A stretch of 64,000 bases of DNA, taken from the IMG/VR virus record IMGVR_UViG_3300026136_000008; one strand, 5' to 3'. This DNA is from a virus. Shown piece by piece: positions 56,291 to 64,000 of this stretch. The position numbers and the translations under genes were made by a program. The notes beneath the pieces are model-generated. The model saw only the letters and a program-made list of their open reading frames with translations. It was not told where the DNA came from and did no database searches. Each line of letters begins with the position of its first letter. The first letter of the stretch is position 1.

Positions 56291-56971
56291 TTACGCGTGA
56301 ACTTCGTAAGTCCTCATATTTGGCTTAGAGCCGAACTTGAAAGACGCATCTGAATGATGTTCTTGTCTTGAGCGAGAAGTATCAGCGATACCAACACCCA
56401 TTAACAATACAGTCTTCTTACCTTCAGGAACACCCAGTATTTCGTTAACTTTTTCTACATGGAAACACTTGCAACATCCAGTTGAATAACCCATCATTGT
56501 TGATACAAGGTTTACATAACCTGCAGCAATACCTACTGCCTGGTCACGATCTTCCTTATATGAAAAATGTTCTTTTGAACCACCCATCTTTTCAGACTCA
56601 CTAATATTACGAACTTCTTCGCCATATTGTTTTACATCGTCTTCAACAAATGCATATACTGTATGAGCAGATAGTTGTGAGTTAGTTGGTCCCGTACCTT
56701 CGTCATAACCTTGTAGACCATCAAATCCTAAGAATGAATTGTCTTCACTACCAAACTCAGGAATAGCAGTAGCAGCTTCGATTTGTTCAATCATAGCACG
56801 ATCTGTTATCACGTGGGTTTTATAGTGGTTAAGGTTTTGCTTAGTAGGGCATTGAGTAGCCGCTTCAGTTATCAAGTCGATATCTTCTTGTGGCATTTCC
56901 TTGCTTAAATCCCAGTTGCGATTGCAATGCTGAGATTTATGTATAGATTTTTTAATCATTGATCTAAACAT
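56291..56971 (-). CDS. Nitroreductase-family protein
   Basis: QHCNRNWD..ATQCPTKQN; AVGIAAGYVNLVSTMMGYSTGCC; LLMGVG. Confidence 0.8.
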   Translation of the reverse strand: MFRSMIKKSIHKSQHCNRNWDLSKEMPQEDIDLITEAATQCPTKQNLNHYKTHVITDRAMIEQIEAATAIPEFGSEDNSFLGFDGLQGYDEGTGPTNSQLSAHTVYAFVEDDVKQYGEEVRNISESEKMGGSKEHFSYKEDRDQAVGIAAGYVNLVSTMMGYSTGCCKCFHVEKVNEILGVPEGKKTVLLMGVGIADTSRSRQEHHSDASFKFGSKPNMRTYEVHA

Positions 56972-56990
56972 TTTTTTCTCCTTATGTTAT

Positions 56991-57073
56991 AAAAACGTAA
57001 GATTGCAATCATGAGATTATTCCGGATAGTCCTTCTCCGTTGTTACTGAACGATTTCGAATAATTGCTCTTAC
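56991..57073 (-). ncRNA. Candidate structured leader/sRNA upstream of the nitroreductase
   Basis: Starts at predicted +1 of late promoter 57079-57086; nested stems GUAAGA/UCUUAC, GCAAU/AUUGC, UAUUC/GAAUA; ends in GUUUUU. Confidence 0.5.
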
Positions 57074-57086
57074 AGGTGTATTTATA

Positions 57087-57533
57087 CTAATCTTTACTTC
57101 TACGTGCAGCTAATTCAGCCTTCATAGCATCATACTTATCTTTCCTACGCTGATCTACTGCTGCTTGTTCTGCCTTTCTTCTTGCTCTTCGTTGTGCAGC
57201 CCATGGACCGACAACATTAGTAAATATTAAAAATCCGATTACGCCGTATAAAACGGTTTCTGTTAAATTTGCAAACATAAATGCCCTCAGTTGTTCTTCA
57301 TTTCCAGCTTCTATCTCACTTATTTGTGGTTTGTCATCAGGTAATACTGAATCGACTGCTACTGATGTTGCTGCATTCACTGCCGCTGGAATAGGGCCTG
57401 CTACAACGTATGTGGCACCAGTAGTTGCCGCTGTTTTAATTAAATTCTTGGGATCTAATGCGTTGAATCCGCCTAACATACTACATCCACTTATAGAAAG
57501 GGCTAATGTGCCCGCTAATATTTTCTCAATCAT
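57087..57533 (-). CDS. Putative lipoprotein with additional TM segment
   Basis: ISGC lipobox; late promoter 57539-57546 5 nt before ATG. Confidence 0.65.
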   Translation of the reverse strand: MIEKILAGTLALSISGCSMLGGFNALDPKNLIKTAATTGATYVVAGPIPAAVNAATSVAVDSVLPDDKPQISEIEAGNEEQLRAFMFANLTETVLYGVIGFLIFTNVVGPWAAQRRARRKAEQAAVDQRRKDKYDAMKAELAARRSKD

Positions 57534-57537
57534 ACAC

Positions 57538-58524
57538 TTATTTATATGGTTTTAGCGGTGCAATGCCAACTATATGTATTCGCGGTTCAAGTGATGAATT
57601 AATTGCTGTATGTGGTTTAGTAGTATCAAAGTAATATGGATAACCATTATCAGGTACATGGAATAATCTCCACTTATCATCTGTCATAAAAGCCCATTCA
57701 TTTGTTTCTACTACTAAATGTATACGTGGAGTAGGATCAAAATGGAATGTATAACAACCTTTAGGTGGTAGAACCATTAATCTAGTTCTTGTTAAGCCTT
57801 CAGTTTGTATAAACCTTGCAATCTCTGAATCTTCAGGGACGTTAAGCTTATTAAAATCATTTTCAGAAGATCCATCTGGTAACTTATCTATTTGTAATAA
57901 ACCAGTATAGAAGTCTTTACCATCACGTGATTGTAACATAATTTGATTATCATGTAAATCAGGTAAGTCTTTTATTTCTTCACGTATTCTTGTAAGATTA
58001 TATTTACGGTTAATCTTTTTATGTTGCGCTGCATACATGCCAGAATACTTATATAGCTTATCTGATCTTTTCATTTGTTCGCTTGACCTATCATCATCAG
58101 GTAGTATTGTCATTTCCTTTACACGATTTGGATTTAATAATACCCATTCAATAGTATCAAGAACAGATTGAAGTGTCATTTTATTGTCAGATATATCAGC
58201 AACTCTTTCAGTATCTAACCAACCAAAACGTAAAGCTGTGGTATTCATGCCTAAATAGAATAGTTGTTCGTTTGCTTTATCTAATGCAGCTTTCTCAACA
58301 GCGTATACATGCTTCCATTTTTTAAAGCCATCCCCGCTGTTTGAGCTTATGTTAATTGCAGTTTTATTTAAGTCATAAGCTTTATATAACATTTCTACTT
58401 GACTAAATCCATCATGCTTACAATTAATAAACACATCACATTCTTCGAGAGACTCAACTGTATTTAATCTATCGTGAAGGTACTTACCTAACCCTCGTCT
58501 AATCCCCGTTATATAAAACTTCAT
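57538..58524 (-). CDS. Fusion of a minimal SDR (Rossmann) domain and an AspH-like cupin hydroxylase
   Basis: ITGIRRGLG, INISS, YAVEK; C-terminal FHFD..RIH..DTTKPHTAIN..PRIHIVG. Confidence 0.75.
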   Translation of the reverse strand: MKFYITGIRRGLGKYLHDRLNTVESLEECDVFINCKHDGFSQVEMLYKAYDLNKTAINISSNSGDGFKKWKHVYAVEKAALDKANEQLFYLGMNTTALRFGWLDTERVADISDNKMTLQSVLDTIEWVLLNPNRVKEMTILPDDDRSSEQMKRSDKLYKYSGMYAAQHKKINRKYNLTRIREEIKDLPDLHDNQIMLQSRDGKDFYTGLLQIDKLPDGSSENDFNKLNVPEDSEIARFIQTEGLTRTRLMVLPPKGCYTFHFDPTPRIHLVVETNEWAFMTDDKWRLFHVPDNGYPYYFDTTKPHTAINSSLEPRIHIVGIAPLKPYK

Positions 58525-60004
58525 TTAAATCGCCATTGTAAAATATGTATTGTTTATTATTAGGATATATAATCTCTAATTTTTCTGGGTGTACTTGCCA
58601 TGATGTAGAATCTTTAATGTCTTCTTGAACACCAAAAATATGAGGAAGTTCTTTTAATAATTTATGAAAAAACAGCGGTGATTTATCACGTGACCAATAA
58701 GCTACTTTATGTTCTTGAAAGTATCCTAATAATTCAAATACGTATTTAAGCTCTTCCCAATCATCTACTTTATCTAATAGTGTTGATCCATCTGTTTTAT
58801 ATTGGTCAAATTCAAAATACCTTGAAAAAATCCTTGCTGCTTTACCATGTTCTTGTACACCACTTGCAAACATCGGTGGTAGTTGTCTATGGTATATTTC
58901 TTTGCCTCTTACATCATGCTTATATCTTTTATGTTTTAGTAATGGACCAAATACAATATTGTATACCCACATCTTATCTAGGTGCAATCCTTTTTCTGAA
59001 TAGTTATCTGCTAATCTATGGTTGTGCCTCTCTTTTTCCATTAATTTAAATGCATTTGCGCACAGCTCAAGTTCTTTATAAGTTAATTTAGGATTTACTT
59101 TTCCTCTCCATATATAAGGTACTACCTTTTCGCCCTTAGGTAAATATCTAATTGGAGGTATTCTATCCCATTCTTCTATAGGTAATTTATTATATTGTGG
59201 ACCACATAAAATTCCATGTATATCTTTTTCAGTCCATGTTCGTGATCTTCTACCTTCAGATCTATAACATGTGATATGAGCAATTAATCTACGTCCACTA
59301 AATATATCGCAATCAGTTACTACATCTTCATAAGCATGATATTTATTTTTATAATGAAGCTGTACTGAATTTGCTATTGTATTTAATTCTAAGCCATCTC
59401 TCCAAACCCTTTGATCTTTCATAGGCTCTTGTATGATAGCATGACGAGCCCCATATGCTTGTTGTATATCTTGAAAATATCTCTGATGTTGTTGCGGTTC
59501 ATATAATAAAACACCTGACCATATTAAACAATCAACTTTATAATCAACTTGATAGGCAACTTCTACATTAGGTGTTGCGTCACTTGCAAATATATCATCT
59601 ATAAATTTATATGTACCAACTTTATATTCTATGCCTGGAAATTCTTCCCACACCTTTTGTGCGTATTCAATAGATTCTGTACTTGTATCAAATCCAAAGT
59701 AACGATAATCCTCGTCGATATAACCTCTCTCATATAATATATCATTTACTGGGCCGTGTCTACAACCAATATCGACTATGGTCTTATGACCAAATTTCAT
59801 TATATAATCTGCTTGAGCTTCGAATATAGGTTTAGCTTCATCACTATCTAAATAATCCATACTATAATGCCTATATTCTTCTTGCAAAGGAACCTTATCG
59901 TACTCACCCTCCGGCAACCTAGGCCAAGGCATTCCATTTACAAAGTGCGGTTCTTTAGTTTCTATTTCAGGAGTATGTTTTTTCCACATGTTCTTTAAAT
60001 TCAT
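58499..60004 (-). CDS. SAM-methyltransferase-like domain plus unknown C-terminal domain
   Basis: IVDIGCRHG, YFGFD, SGVLLY. Confidence 0.65.
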   Translation of the reverse strand: MNLKNMWKKHTPEIETKEPHFVNGMPWPRLPEGEYDKVPLQEEYRHYSMDYLDSDEAKPIFEAQADYIMKFGHKTIVDIGCRHGPVNDILYERGYIDEDYRYFGFDTSTESIEYAQKVWEEFPGIEYKVGTYKFIDDIFASDATPNVEVAYQVDYKVDCLIWSGVLLYEPQQHQRYFQDIQQAYGARHAIIQEPMKDQRVWRDGLELNTIANSVQLHYKNKYHAYEDVVTDCDIFSGRRLIAHITCYRSEGRRSRTWTEKDIHGILCGPQYNKLPIEEWDRIPPIRYLPKGEKVVPYIWRGKVNPKLTYKELELCANAFKLMEKERHNHRLADNYSEKGLHLDKMWVYNIVFGPLLKHKRYKHDVRGKEIYHRQLPPMFASGVQEHGKAARIFSRYFEFDQYKTDGSTLLDKVDDWEELKYVFELLGYFQEHKVAYWSRDKSPLFFHKLLKELPHIFGVQEDIKDSTSWQVHPEKLEIIYPNNKQYIFYNGDLNEVLYNGD

Positions 60005-60548
60005 TATATGTTTTATTTATACCTCTCCAGGCAAAGCAAAATATAGCTCGAGGTGCTTCAACCACTTGTACATCATGTAAGTAAGCAGTGTTTAATAATA
60101 CTGGCTTGTCAACCAGTATTTCCCCCATCTGTATTGCTGGATATTTGTCTTGCAACATATTCCAATGAGTCTTGCCATGCCTATATTCTAATTGATGTTG
60201 ATGTGTTTCGTATATGCCAATCTTTGCTTGACCAAACATAGGTAATAATAAATTAAATTGATTGCCTTCTCTCTCATCAAAATCTATATGAGGTGGAACA
60301 CCCGATCTTAAAGTACCATTTAAGTTAAAGCCCGTACCGTGTTCGCACATACCCATATGAGCGTCTGATCCCCATGTTAATAATCTATCCCATTGTCTAT
60401 AATAATCTGGGTTAGATATAAGAACATGTGATTCAGTACCACATTCGATATACTCTAAGGCTGTCTCACCACGAACTTCATTATGCATTCGTATAAGCCA
60501 ATCTTTATCATAATCGACATTAACATATTCAGCTATTCCACTTAGCAT
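59967..60548 (-). CDS. Cupin/2OG-oxygenase-like protein
   Basis: PPHID, FNLLLP, PVLLNTAYLHDV, PR. Confidence 0.6.
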   Translation of the reverse strand: MLSGIAEYVNVDYDKDWLIRMHNEVRGETALEYIECGTESHVLISNPDYYRQWDRLLTWGSDAHMGMCEHGTGFNLNGTLRSGVPPHIDFDEREGNQFNLLLPMFGQAKIGIYETHQHQLEYRHGKTHWNMLQDKYPAIQMGEILVDKPVLLNTAYLHDVQVVEAPRAIFCFAWRGINKTYNEFKEHVEKTYS

Positions 60549-61164
60549 CCCATTCCTTATATTGTTCTACCCATTTTTGTGGTCTATCTTTCATGTCAGG
60601 TTTTCTTTCTTTCGGTTCATTTAACCAATAATTATTATGGTCAAATATTTCAATACATACATCTTTGACCCATTCATAATTACCTGGCACACATTCTTTC
60701 CAGCCATTGTTCATGCAAAAAGTATCATAAACTATACCACCCATTTTCTCTATTAAATGTCTTGTCATATCAAAATGTCTATGCCCAGCATTTTTTGTTA
60801 CAGGTGTAAATGTTATTACATAGATAGGTTTATTTGAGAATGGTCCATCTTGACCAAGATCAGAATTAAAATGTGTTGAACATATTATCCAATCCATTGC
60901 ATTCTTAAATCCAACAGAATAATGAGCAGTAGCTTCAGGTACTGCAAACACTAATATATCTGCCTCTTTAATAACCTTTAAAAAGTTATGTACACGAGCT
61001 AAGACTTTACCATCAGCACTATTCTTATTACAAATAGGCATATTAAAATCTGTCATGTCATACACGTAATCAAGACCCATTAATCCTAGGCCTCGTGTGT
61101 TCATGGAATTTTCTGCGTAACTAAAGGATATTCCTGTAATTACACTTTTAGTATGCGCCGACAT
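60529..61164 (-). CDS. NAD(P)H-dependent FMN reductase-like flavoprotein
   Basis: ADILVFAVPE...FKNAMDW, FSNKP. Confidence 0.8.
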   Translation of the reverse strand: MSAHTKSVITGISFSYAENSMNTRGLGLMGLDYVYDMTDFNMPICNKNSADGKVLARVHNFLKVIKEADILVFAVPEATAHYSVGFKNAMDWIICSTHFNSDLGQDGPFSNKPIYVITFTPVTKNAGHRHFDMTRHLIEKMGGIVYDTFCMNNGWKECVPGNYEWVKDVCIEIFDHNNYWLNEPKERKPDMKDRPQKWVEQYKEWDAKWNS

Positions 61165-62095
61165 TTTTAAATTTGTTTTTAAAGCCTTTCATACCTTTTT
61201 TTAATTCTTCATTACTCAACACATTATTATAGAATTCTGGTAATGGCATAATAGTACTATAATCAGTTGCTATTCTCCATAGCTCACGATCTAAATCACT
61301 TATTGCTGTTCGTCTATGTAGTGAGGCAAACTGGTCCATAAGTATTAAGTCGCCCTTTTTAAATATGTGATGATCCATATATTTAGATCTCATTATTTTT
61401 TTATATAATGTATCAACAAATTCATCTCTGTCAATTTGCTTTCTCTTTCCACCTGGTGGTGTATACCATACCTTTCTAATAAAATGATATGAGAAATAGA
61501 TATAGTCTTCATTAGTATGCGGATGCTTACCACACAATGGTCTAATTTGACCACTATGACTATCCATCACTTCTAACTCTGGATCATCATCTTCTATTTC
61601 CATCATAGTATTATTTTTGTATTTAAAATAACAAATAATATTATTATAATAATCTTTCTCTTCTTGTGAAAAATCTTTAAATACATCTCTTGTATTTACA
61701 ATCGATAAAGTAGTATCTTCACATTCCTTGTGACAATATAATCCTATTAGTATTTTTTTAATATCTTTCCTTGAGTTTCCGTTTGAATGCCAACCTAATT
61801 CTTTTTCACCAAACATACCTACTTTCTTTCCATCTATTTTTTTGCCAGTGACAATAAAGATTTCTGGATTCTCTGGAGGATTCATCCAAAGCTTTGGTGT
61901 TTCAGGTTCACCAAACCTTTTCATTACTTCAACATATTCTGACTGAGTAAAGTCTTGCTCATAAAAGAAAACTGGCTTACCGGTTTGAACTTCTTTTGCA
62001 ACTTCTAATAGTTCTTCATTAGAAAAATCTAATAATTTTTTGTCAGAATTTGATGTTTGTGTAGTCAAATGCAGTTCTCCATAATTGTCTTTCAA
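61148..62095 (-). CDS. TauD/TfdA-family dioxygenase
   Basis: GMFG..ELGWHSNG, HPHT, FKKGDLILMDQ..LHRR, RELWR. Confidence 0.85.
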   Translation of the reverse strand: MKDNYGELHLTTQTSNSDKKLLDFSNEELLEVAKEVQTGKPVFFYEQDFTQSEYVEVMKRFGEPETPKLWMNPPENPEIFIVTGKKIDGKKVGMFGEKELGWHSNGNSRKDIKKILIGLYCHKECEDTTLSIVNTRDVFKDFSQEEKDYYNNIICYFKYKNNTMMEIEDDDPELEVMDSHSGQIRPLCGKHPHTNEDYIYFSYHFIRKVWYTPPGGKRKQIDRDEFVDTLYKKIMRSKYMDHHIFKKGDLILMDQFASLHRRTAISDLDRELWRIATDYSTIMPLPEFYNNVLSNEELKKGMKGFKNKFKNVGAY

Positions 62096-62912
62096 GGTAT
62101 TGTATCGGCGATCTCCTATGAATAGTATGCAACTGGTCCATAATTAATAAGTCGCCTCGTCTAAATACATGATGAACCATATATTTTGATTTAAATAATG
62201 TTTGCCATAAATCATCTTTAAAATGTTTAAATTCGTGACCAGTTAATCTTACACCGTTTCGACTAGCACCCACCATAAAAGGCACACAAAAATATAAGTA
62301 TTCTCTACCATCAACTGGATGTACACCTACGAGTGGTCTACGATCAAGATCCTCATGATGATTGTTAGCATTTTTATCTCTATAATGTTTTATACCAGTT
62401 CTAATTTCACCTGATGGTTCCGGATCATCTTCTGAGTCATGTTCAGATATAGCATATATAGCATCATTTACATGGTCAAGATGTATATCAAATTCTCTAA
62501 AATAGTTTTGTCTTTCTTCAGATAATTCAGCAAAGCAATCTACTTGGCTACATATAGAAAGAACTGTATCAATGCATTCCTCAACACAATACAATGATAC
62601 TATTATATCCTCGAACTCGTGCCGTGCCGATCCATTCTGATGCCACTCTAATTCAGTATCACCAAACATTCCAATACGTTTACCTTCCTCATTCCTCTGT
62701 CCAGATACAATACTAATTTCTCTGGCATTTACTGGATTCATAAAGTATTCATTACGATCCATTTTACCGAATCGCTTACATGCTTCAATGTGTTGTTGTT
62801 GTGTTAGATTTTGTTCGTGAAGTACTATGCTACCATCTTGTACTACTTTTAATGCTAAATCTTTTATTTGTTCGTCGCTATAATCTAATATCTGTAATGT
62901 CATCTTGTCCAT
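62043..62912 (-). CDS. TauD/TfdA-family dioxygenase (paralog)
   Basis: GMFG..ELEWHQNG, PLVGVHPVDGR, GDLLIMDQ..IHRR, RQLWR. Confidence 0.85.
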   Translation of the reverse strand: MDKMTLQILDYSDEQIKDLALKVVQDGSIVLHEQNLTQQQHIEACKRFGKMDRNEYFMNPVNAREISIVSGQRNEEGKRIGMFGDTELEWHQNGSARHEFEDIIVSLYCVEECIDTVLSICSQVDCFAELSEERQNYFREFDIHLDHVNDAIYAISEHDSEDDPEPSGEIRTGIKHYRDKNANNHHEDLDRRPLVGVHPVDGREYLYFCVPFMVGASRNGVRLTGHEFKHFKDDLWQTLFKSKYMVHHVFRRGDLLIMDQLHTIHRRSPIQYLERQLWRTAFDYTNIKF

Positions 62913-63510
62913 CCAAACTAAACATAAAGGCTATACGTGGTTCTTCACTTTGATTAAATACTCCGTGTGCAAATCCAGTATTAAAGAAATATGCTTTGCC
63001 TGCTTCTAAATGTGTCTCTATAATTTCACCTTTTACCTTAAATCTATTTATCACTTTCTTATTTGTATAAACTGGTATCACAACCCTTGTTGCATAGGTA
63101 GGATCATAATCGATATGCATCGGAACATCAGTATTCCCATCAAGTTTAGTAATACGAATTCTCATCTTATCGCATTTAAATTGATTAGCTATTTCTTCAA
63201 AGTAACTTCCAATAAATTTATCGTTTGGCTTATTATATAATTTCTCTTCGTTTCTTCTCAATCTTTCTTTTATATCATCAGTATATGGTAACTCTTCACC
63301 GTTAAGCTCAGTTAAGTTTATTTGTTTAAAGTTATCGTATACAGATTTACTCAACGCCATATGGTTATCACATAGTGCTTTGTTCGCAGTTTTAACATCA
63401 ACATATTCGGCAGCTAAAACATCTGTTGCTGCTTGAAGCTTGCCAAGATCTATATTGATATGTTTTAATTCACCATGTGTTGGTAACTTATATTTTGTTC
63501 TTGGTTTCAT
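62878..63510 (-). CDS. Asp/Asn beta-hydroxylase-like oxygenase
   Basis: RIRITKL, MHIDYD, FFNTGFAHGVFN..PRIAF; start 63510 lies 5 nt after late promoter 63516-63523. Confidence 0.8.
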   Translation of the reverse strand: MKPRTKYKLPTHGELKHINIDLGKLQAATDVLAAEYVDVKTANKALCDNHMALSKSVYDNFKQINLTELNGEELPYTDDIKERLRRNEEKLYNKPNDKFIGSYFEEIANQFKCDKMRIRITKLDGNTDVPMHIDYDPTYATRVVIPVYTNKKVINRFKVKGEIIETHLEAGKAYFFNTGFAHGVFNQSEEPRIAFMFSLDGQDDITDIRL

Positions 63511-63526
63511 ATACTTATTTATATGG

Positions 63527-64000
63527 CTATACAACATAGTTATGATGTTTCCTTAAATGCGATTTATACCATTTAGCCGTACGCAATAATCTACGTGGCT
63601 TATCCTTTAATATGTCTGGTCTTCTATGTATACCTATTACATTATCAAATAAACATATGTCGCCTTCCTGCCATTTGTGTTTATATGTGTACTTTTCATT
63701 ACATACATAATCTTCCCATAACTCATAAAATAATTTTTTAGAGTGTTCATACGGTTCACCATCTTTTAAAAATCCGTGTACTTCATACGGGCTAAAGAAT
63801 AAACCTTCAGGGCCGACTGGATGATCAGGTACAAGTTTATGGTTATTCATTATACCACGAGATGCACCAAACTTATGTTTATTCTCAGGCTCCATGTTTA
63901 AACAGTTAACTATCTCACGAGTATTTCTATTCTTATTAATCTCATCAAGAACTTCTTGACCATATATTTTTTTAAATGATGGTTGCCAAGCTTTTTTAAT
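63527..64000 (-). CDS. TauD/TfdA-family dioxygenase, C-terminal part (5' end outside window)
   Basis: Frame open to window end; HKWQEGDICLFDN..IHRR..RRLLR. Confidence 0.85.
   Translation of the reverse strand: MKKAWQPSFKKIYGQEVLDEINKNRNTREIVNCLNMEPENKHKFGASRGIMNNHKLVPDHPVGPEGLFFSPYEVHGFLKDGEPYEHSKKLFYELWEDYVCNEKYTYKHKWQEGDICLFDNVIGIHRRPDILKDKPRRLLRTAKWYKSHLRKHHNYVV

Noticed and set aside
57020-57060. Leader as a glnA glutamine riboswitch (contains AUCGUUCA...ACGGA)
   Set aside because: The complementary GAACG closing strand is absent; kept only as an unknown structured RNA

Overview
AT-rich 64-kb segment of a T4-like myovirus, probably a marine phage with a proteobacterial host. Almost all genes are on the minus strand. 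The window holds the replication/recombination core (gp43 N-terminus, regA, gp62/44/45, gp46/47, gp55, uvsW, uvsY) and the head/neck/tail module (gp3, gp23, 22, 21, 20, 19, 18, 17, 16, 15, 14, 13). Accessory islands are interleaved: a TctA/TctC transporter with hsp20 and iscU; a CobS/CobT-like AAA/vWA pair with a secreted lyase-like gene; nucleotide-sugar enzymes; a late operon with an amidinotransferase, an aminoacyl-transferase-like GNAT, a methyltransferase and a radical SAM enzyme; internal-head-protein-like genes; and a TauD/hydroxylase/reductase cluster. The standout is the only plus-strand operon (49.3-56.1 kb). It lies behind T4 late promoters and encodes two paralogous small membrane proteins, CsgF, CsgG, two signal-peptide curlin-repeat proteins, a FecR-domain protein and a CHASE2 class III nucleotide cyclase, i.e. 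a phage curli-secretion module with a trans-envelope cyclic-nucleotide signalling pair. Non-coding signals read directly from the sequence: many TATAAATA late promoters, a TGTACA-N16/17-TATAAT promoter class, repeated leaderless gene starts, a ROSE-like thermometer before hsp20, a structured 77-nt leader, a 35-bp repeated promoter cassette and an orphan antisense promoter followed by a G-run. All family assignments come from recognising motifs by eye; no database search was run.
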